Source: Elusimicrobia bacterium GWA2_62_23
Lineage (GTDB): Bacteria; Elusimicrobiota; Elusimicrobia; Elusimicrobiales; UBA9959
Direction of reading: 5' to 3'
NCBI GenBank assembly: GCA_001799635.1
Contig: MGTV01000029.1
Span: forward strand, 1,309-65,308
DNA length: 64,000 nucleotides
The notes under the pieces are model-generated. The model worked only from the letters and a program-made list of their open reading frames with translations. It did no database searches and was not told the origin of the DNA. The position numbers and the translations under genes are program-made. Shown piece after piece: positions 35,542 through 42,900 of the stretch (position 1 is the stretch's first letter; every line of letters starts with the position of its first letter).

Positions 35542-37482
35542 ATGATGGGTCTTTCCGTTCAGCTATTCAGGCTGGCTCTGCTGCTGGTCCTGCCGTTGGC
35601 GGCCTACGCCGGTCCCGAGGCGGACCGGGCGGCCGCCGGCATCCTTTTCGACGGCTCCCTCCCTTCCGCCCCTCTCCTGCCGGACGCGCCCGGCCAGAAA
35701 GCCGGCGCGGAGGCCGAGTTCCTGCGCCAGATGAAAGAGGTGCTCTCTTCCGGCGGCTGGGACGGCCCGTCGCCGCAGCTGCGGCATTTCGTTTTCAAGA
35801 ACGCCGCCGGCGGCTGGACCGCCCAGGCGCAGAGCGTCGGCCTGGAAGGTTTCCTCTGGACCAAGAAGGAGCTGGAAGGCAAATACGGGGCCGCCGCCTT
35901 CGCCGGGCAGACCGCCGATTATTTCAATTACCTGGACGCGCTGCTCAAGCCGGTGCCCTGGACCTCCGACCTGCGCAAGGCGCTCGACGAGCTGGAGGCT
36001 TCCGGCCTGAGCGAAGCCCAGAAGAACGCCCGCCTCAACCTCATCCTGGAGAGCTACGTGGCCGGCCTGCAGGCCAACATGGAGCGCTATGACGCGGCCG
36101 CCTGGTCGAAGAAAGCGCGGATCTACGAGCTGTTCCCGAGAGCCTATGATCTCGCCGGCAGCCGCGGCGGAAAATTCTTCAGGGAATTCCGGGCTTCGGA
36201 CTTCGACAGGATAAAAAAGATGGGTTTCGACGCGGTCTGGCCTATGGGCATTCTGCCCATAGGCGTGCGCGGCCAGACCGGCACCGGCGGCGGCTCCCCG
36301 TACTCCATCAGCGACCACGCCACGGTCAACCCCGACCTGGGCACGGAGGAAGATTTCCGCCAGTTCGTGCGGACGGCGCACGCGGCAGGGCTGCGGGTCA
36401 TAGTGGACTTCGTGGTGAACCACACCTCGCTGGATTCCCGGCTGCTGGCCGAGAACCCGGACTATTTCGTCAGCTTCCGCTACGACGGGTCCTGCCCGAA
36501 GGACGGCTATTTCGAGAGCTGGCATAACGGCTCGAAGTACTGCGTGCACCACGGCGGGTTCGAGTACGGCGGCGGCGTCTCCAGCTGGATAGACACCGCG
36601 CAGATAAATTATTCCAACCGGGGCCTGCGTGACAAGATGACCTCCATAGTGAAGGGCTGGGTGACCAAGTTCGACGTGGACGGCTTCCGCGTGGACATGG
36701 CCTACCTGGCGCTCAACAACGTTTTCTCCCGCACCTGGCAGAAAAGCATGCCGAAAGACGAGTTCTACCGCCAGTTGATCTGGACCGTGAAGGCCGCCAA
36801 GCCTTCCGCCGCTTTCATGGCCGAAGCCTACGCCTACCAGGAAGACCTGGGTGCCTGCGGTTTCGACACCATCTACAGTAAGCACGAAGAGGCCCGGCCC
36901 GAGGGGCAGACCGGCTGGTATAACGCTTCCGAAGCCGGCAACCCTTACGCCATGCAGAGTTCCATAAACCGGCAGGCCTTCCTGGCCTGGCAGGCGGGGG
37001 GCGCGGGGTCCGTGATGTTCACCGGCAACCACGACGAGCCGGCTCCTGAGAAAGTTTACGGCCGCCGGCTGCCGGCCGCCCTGGCGCTGACCTTCCTTTA
37101 CCCGGGCTCCGTCATGATGTATTCCGGGGCGGAAATAGGCTACGACGCCGCCGTCCCGACCGAGCATAAACCGCTGCCTTTCAGCGTGCCCTGCGAGATA
37201 GACTGGGACGGCGGGGACGCGCAGGTGAAGAGGACTTACCAGGAGGTGCTGGCCCTGGCCGCGCGGGTGCGCGGCGAGCTGGGCGCCTACGTGATCGAGC
37301 CCCTCTGGCCCGCTCCCGGCCAGAACTGGGCCGGCTACATTTTAAGTTCCACCGACAAGCCGGGCCTCAGGAAGGCGGTCATAGGCAACGTGACCTGGGA
37401 CACTACGCGGGCGGACCTGCCGCAGGCCGGGTTCAGCGGCCCGCTGGCGCCGGGCGAATACCGTGTTTTAGACCTGCGCTAG
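35542..37482 (+). CDS. Secreted alpha-amylase-family glycoside hydrolase (GH13)
   Basis: Signal peptide. GH13 regions I-IV: VDFVVNHTS, GFRVDMAYL, FMAEAY, FTGNHDEP. Confidence 0.8.
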   Translation: MMGLSVQLFRLALLLVLPLAAYAGPEADRAAAGILFDGSLPSAPLLPDAPGQKAGAEAEFLRQMKEVLSSGGWDGPSPQLRHFVFKNAAGGWTAQAQSVGLEGFLWTKKELEGKYGAAAFAGQTADYFNYLDALLKPVPWTSDLRKALDELEASGLSEAQKNARLNLILESYVAGLQANMERYDAAAWSKKARIYELFPRAYDLAGSRGGKFFREFRASDFDRIKKMGFDAVWPMGILPIGVRGQTGTGGGSPYSISDHATVNPDLGTEEDFRQFVRTAHAAGLRVIVDFVVNHTSLDSRLLAENPDYFVSFRYDGSCPKDGYFESWHNGSKYCVHHGGFEYGGGVSSWIDTAQINYSNRGLRDKMTSIVKGWVTKFDVDGFRVDMAYLALNNVFSRTWQKSMPKDEFYRQLIWTVKAAKPSAAFMAEAYAYQEDLGACGFDTIYSKHEEARPEGQTGWYNASEAGNPYAMQSSINRQAFLAWQAGGAGSVMFTGNHDEPAPEKVYGRRLPAALALTFLYPGSVMMYSGAEIGYDAAVPTEHKPLPFSVPCEIDWDGGDAQVKRTYQEVLALAARVRGELGAYVIEPLWPAPGQNWAGYILSSTDKPGLRKAVIGNVTWDTTRADLPQAGFSGPLAPGEYRVLDLR

Positions 37483-37488
37483 GCTATT

Positions 37489-37497
37489 TGCTATAAT
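37489..37497 (+). promoter_or_regulatory. Extended -10 promoter element TGCTATAAT
   Basis: TGnTATAAT match at 37489-37497, 52 nt upstream of the GTG at 37550. Confidence 0.4.
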
Positions 37498-37549
37498 TTG
37501 GGCGGGGTAGTATTCACAATATCTTGATAAGCGTCAACAGAGAGGGTCC

Positions 37550-39046
37550 GTGCTTCGTTCGAATCCGCACTTGATCGAAATCAACACCCGGCTGTGGCTC
37601 AAGCAGCTGAGGGTGAAGTATTCTCTCCCCGAGATGACGCTTTCCGCCGTCCCCGACGAGGAGTGGCTGGAACTGCGCCACCTCGGCTTCGACATCATCT
37701 GGCTGCTTGGTGTCTGGGAGGCCAGCCCAGAGTCCGAGCGGATAGCCCGGCAGGACCGCGTCCTGCTGGAGGAGCTCAAGAACCTGCCGCCCGGTTTCGG
37801 GCCGGAGGCCGTCGGTTCCTCGCCCTATTCCGTGCACTGGTACCGCCTGAACGCGGCGCTAGGCTTCGAGTGGGAGCTGAAGGCCCTGCGCGAAAAACTG
37901 AATTCCATGGGCATGAAGCTGATGGTGGACCTGGTCTCCAACCACACCTCCCGGGACAATCCTTATGTCAAGGAATGCCCGGACTGCTTCATCAACGGCA
38001 GCGAAGATGATTTTAAGGCGCACCCCGACTGGTTCTTCGAACTGGCCGACGGCGAGAAGAAGCGCTACATCGCCTACGGCCGCGATCCCAACTTCCCCGC
38101 CTGGACCGACAGCGCCCAACTCAACTATTTCAACCCCGACACCAGGGCGCGCATGCTGGACGTGCTGCTGCGCATCGCCGACATGGCCGACGGCGTGCGC
38201 TGCGACATGGTTATGCTGACCCTGAACGAGATCCATGAGGGCACCTGGGGCTGGCTGCTGGGCCGCAACGGCTATAAGCGGCCGGAGCAGGAGTTCTGGG
38301 AAAGCGCCATCAAAGCCGTCCGGGAAAAACACCCGGAGTTCGTCTTCCTGGCCGAGGTGTACTGGGGCCTGGAGTGGCGCGTGCAGCAGATCGGTTTCGA
38401 CTATACCTACGACAAAGGCACCTACGACCGCCTGCGCTTCCAGGGGCCGCAGGAAGTGCGCGGCCACCTGCGCGCCGAAAAGCTTTACCAGAAACGGTCC
38501 GCCCGGTTCATAGACAACCACGACGAGCAGCCCTCGCTCTCCGCTTTCGGGCGGCAGAAGGCCCTGGCGGCCGGCGTGGTGGTCTCCACCATCAAGGGCC
38601 TCCGGTTCTACAACGACAACCAGCTGGACGGCGTTAAGACCCGCGTGCCTCTGCAGCTCACGGAGCTCTACGAGCGGACGCCGGACCTGGAAGTGAAGAA
38701 ATTCTACGCCAAGCTGCTCAAGATCACCGACCATCCCGCCTTCCACGGCGGCGAATGGGCGCTGCTGGACGTGCGCCAGTGCGACAAGGAGAACCGCAGC
38801 AACGTTAATATCCTGGCCTGGAGCTGGGCCCAGCGCCGCACGCTGAAAGTGGTGGTGGTGAACTATTCCGGGGAGACTTCCTGCGGGGTGGTGAACGTTT
38901 CCATCAAGAGCGAGGGCGAGACCACGGCCCTCTTTGAGGAGCTCTCGGACCGGTTCTTCTCGTTCAAATCCGAGGACCTGGCCGGCGGCCTGCGCCTGCA
39001 GCAGATGGCCCCCTATTCCGCCCACATCTTCGACGTGCAGTTCTAA
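37550..39046 (+). CDS. Cytoplasmic alpha-amylase-family glycoside hydrolase (GH13)
   Basis: VDLVSNHTS, DGVRCDMVML, FLAEVYW, FIDNHDEQ. GTG start. Confidence 0.8.
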   Translation: MLRSNPHLIEINTRLWLKQLRVKYSLPEMTLSAVPDEEWLELRHLGFDIIWLLGVWEASPESERIARQDRVLLEELKNLPPGFGPEAVGSSPYSVHWYRLNAALGFEWELKALREKLNSMGMKLMVDLVSNHTSRDNPYVKECPDCFINGSEDDFKAHPDWFFELADGEKKRYIAYGRDPNFPAWTDSAQLNYFNPDTRARMLDVLLRIADMADGVRCDMVMLTLNEIHEGTWGWLLGRNGYKRPEQEFWESAIKAVREKHPEFVFLAEVYWGLEWRVQQIGFDYTYDKGTYDRLRFQGPQEVRGHLRAEKLYQKRSARFIDNHDEQPSLSAFGRQKALAAGVVVSTIKGLRFYNDNQLDGVKTRVPLQLTELYERTPDLEVKKFYAKLLKITDHPAFHGGEWALLDVRQCDKENRSNVNILAWSWAQRRTLKVVVVNYSGETSCGVVNVSIKSEGETTALFEELSDRFFSFKSEDLAGGLRLQQMAPYSAHIFDVQF

Positions 39047-39063
39047 ACTTTCCGTCCAAAAAG

Positions 39064-39091
39064 AAAGCCGGCCTAACCAGCCGGCTTTTTT
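39064..39091 (+). terminator. Intrinsic terminator
   Basis: AAAGCCGGC-CTAACCA-GCCGGCTTTTTT. Confidence 0.8.
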
Positions 39092-39103
39092 ATTTATGGA
39101 TAC

Positions 39104-39233
39104 TAGGCGGGCGAGGGTATGCCTTCTCCGGGTACGCACGGCCACACCGTGGCCGTGCTCTCGCACTCGGGCTCGTCGCTTCGCAAGCCTCGCCCTCGTG
39201 AGGCCCCTCCGAAGGCACACCCTCGCCCGCCTA
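39104..39233 (-). repeat. Copy B (inverted orientation, shorter) of the palindromic intergenic repeat family
   Basis: Its reverse complement aligns with copies A and C (GGCGGGCGAGGGTGTGCCTTCGGAGGGGC...GAGGCTTGCGAAGCGACGAG...CACGGTGTG...GAAGGCATACCCTCGCCCGCC). Confidence 0.75.
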
Positions 39234-39956
39234 GGGCTCGCGGGCCAGGGTGAAAGCGGCAACCGACTTCGCGCCGGCTTTCTTCAGTTCGGCGGCCAGT
39301 GAGGCCAGCGTGGCCAGCGTGGTGGCCACGTCGTCTATCAGCAGCACGTTCCTGGCGCGCACCAGCTCCGGCTTCAGCACTTCGAACGCCCCTTCCATGT
39401 TCAACCTGCGCTCCGTCTTGGAGAGCGAGGTCTGGCTCGGCGTGTCGCGCCGGCGCCCCAGCGCCCCCTCGAGGCGGAAGAGGCCCGCCGCCGGGGCCAG
39501 CCCCGCGGCCAGCAGTTCGGCCTGGTTGAAGCCGCGCGAGCGCAGCTTGGCCGGGTGCAGCGGTACGGCGGCGCAGAAATTGTAGGTGGCCAGCTCCGGC
39601 GCGCGCCGCAGGCCGGCGGCCATGCCCGCCGCCAGCCAGCCGGCCAGATCTTCCCTGCCGCGGTACTTGAACGCGTGCAGCAGCGAGCGCAGCGGCGGGT
39701 TGAAGACGTAGGCCGAGCGGGCGAGGGCCAGGGCGCCGGCGGCGCGGCCCCGGCAGTCGGGGCAGTTGGCGCCGCCGCCGGAGAGCGGCAGGCCGCAGAC
39801 CCGGCAGGAGAGGGCCGGGACCGGCTCCAGGGCCGCGAAGCAGCCGGGACAGAGCGGGCCCTGGTGCAGGTAATGCAGGTCTTCGAGGCAGTGCAGGCAG
39901 GCGCGGGGCAACAGCGCGTTTAGCAGCCAGCGCCCGGCTTTTACTAGAGGCTTCAT
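39231..39956 (-). CDS. comF: ComF-family protein (PRTase-fold, competence-associated)
   Basis: N-terminal Cys pairs CLHC...CPGC...CRVC...CPDC. C-terminal PRTase motif VLLIDDVATTLATL. Confidence 0.8.
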   Translation of the reverse strand: MKPLVKAGRWLLNALLPRACLHCLEDLHYLHQGPLCPGCFAALEPVPALSCRVCGLPLSGGGANCPDCRGRAAGALALARSAYVFNPPLRSLLHAFKYRGREDLAGWLAAGMAAGLRRAPELATYNFCAAVPLHPAKLRSRGFNQAELLAAGLAPAAGLFRLEGALGRRRDTPSQTSLSKTERRLNMEGAFEVLKPELVRARNVLLIDDVATTLATLASLAAELKKAGAKSVAAFTLAREP

Positions 39957-39981
39957 ATCCCCCCGGATACTTCCCTGACCG

Positions 39982-42900
39982 CTAGAACTGGAAGGTCAGC
40001 GTGCTGCCGGCCTGGTACGAGAGGTACTCTTCCTGCTTGAGATACTTGTGCCACAGGCGCTGCAGCCCGGCGTTGAAGGTCAGGCGCAGGTTCTTGGCGG
40101 CCTCGTAGTCGGCGCTGGAGTTCAGGGTGAAGAGCTTGGTGTTCTCCGCTATGGTTATGGGCGACGACTTGATGGCGTAGCTCAGCGTGGTGGTCCAGAC
40201 TATGCGGTTCGTGAAAATTATCGTCTGCTTCATGAATGGCAGCTTGAGGCCCTTTGGCAGCTGGAAGTCCGTCTTTATCAGCAGGCTGGGGGTGATGGTG
40301 CGGGTGTTCTGCGTCACCACGCCGAGCGCGGCCTTGGCCTTGTCGGAGACGTAGTCCGCCTTGGGGGTGAAGCGGAACTTGCCGTAATCAAAAGTGCCCT
40401 GCAGGGTGGCGTCGTCGTGGCGGGTGCTGCCGGTCAGGCGGTTCACGCGCAGGTCCCTCTTGTCGGTCAGGCGCAGGTTGTAGCTGGCGGCGGTGTCCAT
40501 CCAGTTGAGCAGTTTGAAGCGGAGGTCCATGCCGTACGTGTCCGAGGAGTCCAGGGAGATCTTCTTGGCCTCGTTGGTGTTGCGGGAGTACTTCAGGTTG
40601 ATGGTGGCGCCCTGGGCCCAGCGTCGGGCCCCGGTGAGCAGTTCCAACTGCGATAGCGACAGGATCATGTCCGGGAAGGTGCGGTTGACGCTCTTGGAGA
40701 TGGTGCCCGTCACTTCGGAGCGCTGAACCGAGTTGCTGTAATTGTTGGTCACCGACAGCGTCTTGAGCGCCGAGGCCCGGCCCGCGAAGGCGTAGCCCTC
40801 GAAGGGCTGCCAGCGCTGGGTGGAGCTCACGGTGTCGCGCATGGTTATGGAATTGCGCTGGGCCAGGCGGTTGGCCGGCTTCAGGGGGTCGCGGATCCAG
40901 AGCTTGTTGCGCGTGTTGTAGTCCTTCTCCACGTTCTGCCAGATGTCGCCGTCCTGGATCTGGTAGTTGGAGGACAGCACCAGCGAGCGCAGCAGGCGGT
41001 TGGAGGGCATCAGGTCGTTCATGCTGATGGTCAGGGCCACGCCGCCCTGCGCGGTGCGGTTCACGTTCTTGATCTGGCCGGCGGTGTAGACCTGCGAGCT
41101 CTGCGCCACGGTGACGGTGGTGGTGTTGAGGTTGTTGCTCTCCATGGTGGTCACGGAGTAGTTCACCGACGGGTTGAGCCAGCGGGCCAGCATGAAGTTG
41201 GAGTTGAAGTCCACCGTCTGCTGCATGGACTTGGGGTAGCGTTCCCGCGCGGTGGGGGCGGCCAGCGGCGAGCGCTCCTCCCGGGCGGTCTGCAGGGTAT
41301 AGCCCGGGTTGAAGGAGGACCCGTTCCAGGGGATGAAGGTGAGCCTGGCGCCGTACACGTCGGTGCGCTCGCTGGTGTCGTAGAGCCCGGAGAGGTTGAG
41401 CAGGCGGCTCTCGTCGTAGCGGACCCGGCTTAGTCCCAGGGAATAGTTGAGGTTCAGCGAGCGCGGCAGCACCGGCACCGCGCCCGGCACGGAGTAGGAC
41501 AGGTTGGCGGCGTAGAGGTCCCGGTCGTCCTTGCGGCTCAGCAGGTTGTAGTCGGTGATGCCCTTGGTGTAGTTCAGACCCAGCTTGGGCAGCGCCCCGA
41601 CGCTGAGCGTGCCGGCGGCCGTGCCGTCGAATTTCTTCACGCGGCCCTGCTGCAGCGAATTCACCAGGTTGTTGCCGCCGGTCACCAGGGCGTTGGGCGT
41701 TACGGTGATCTGGCGCGCCGCGGTGACGTTCACCGGGAAGAAGGCCAGGCGCGTGATGTTGAGGTAGCCCGTATTATGTTCGTTGTCCTGGTTAGCGATG
41801 GCGGTGACCGGCGTCTGGAAATTGCGGTCTACTAAACGGTGCTTGCCGCCGAAACTGAACCACCCGGGGATCTCGAAAGCGCCTTCCACCTTGCGGGCGT
41901 TGCCCACCCGGGTGAGCGGGTCCGCCACGTGCAGTTCGTTGAAATAGACGGCGCCGCTGTGGGGCTGGTCGTCCTTGGCGGCTATCCCGATGATGAACTG
42001 CGGCACCTGCTGCAGGCTGGGCGTGCCGGTGGAGGTCACTACCACGCCCGAAGTGCCGGAGGCCCAGCGGTCGGGTATCCCGTCTTCGGTTATGTCGGTC
42101 TGGTCGATGACCACCATCTTCCAGCCGGTGAAGTTAAGAGGGACCTCGGCCTTGAAGTAGCTGGCCTCGTCGCCGGCCTTCAGGTAGAAGCTGGCGTTGG
42201 CGTCCGCGGCGCCCTGGTTGTTCAGCAGGAAGCGCAGCTTGCCGTGCTGCGACACGTCTATGGCGCGGGTGAACTTGCGGTAGACGTAGGCGGTGGCCGT
42301 GGAAGAGACGTTGTCGTAGGTGACGGAGAGCGTCTGCTCCACCACGGTCGCGCCGTTGCTCTTTTCTTTCTGCTCCGAAACGGAACCGTAAAGGTCGTTA
42401 TAGACTATGGTAGCCTCGCCGCCGGCGTCGTAGATGGGGGTGTAGCCGGGGTTGTCCAGGTTGTTCACGGCGGTGGCCTGCATGGTGCCGGCCTGCGTGG
42501 CCGTGCCGGCGTTGACGGACCAGGTATTGCCCACGGCGGAGATGCGGGCGAACTTTAGGACGCCGGAGGCGGCGCCGCCGGGGGTCTGCTTCAGGGAGAT
42601 GCGCACCTGTTTCACGGCGTTCCATTTATAGGTGTCCGTGGAAGCTATGGCCAGCGGCATCACCAGGGTGTGCCAGCCGGCGAAGTCCACAGTATTCTTC
42701 AGGTTGCCGGAGTCGTTGTTGTCCGTGAATTTGGAGTTCTTCACGTAACCAAAGCTGTTCCCTGTTGAGTCACCGAAGTCCAGGCGTCCGTTCTTGTTGA
42801 GGTCTTCGGAGTCCAGGCGTCCGTTGTTCGCCCCGTAGCGGCGCGAGTTGACGGCGTTGGAGGGTGAGTAGAGCCAACCTATGTCCTCGGAACTTCCCAC

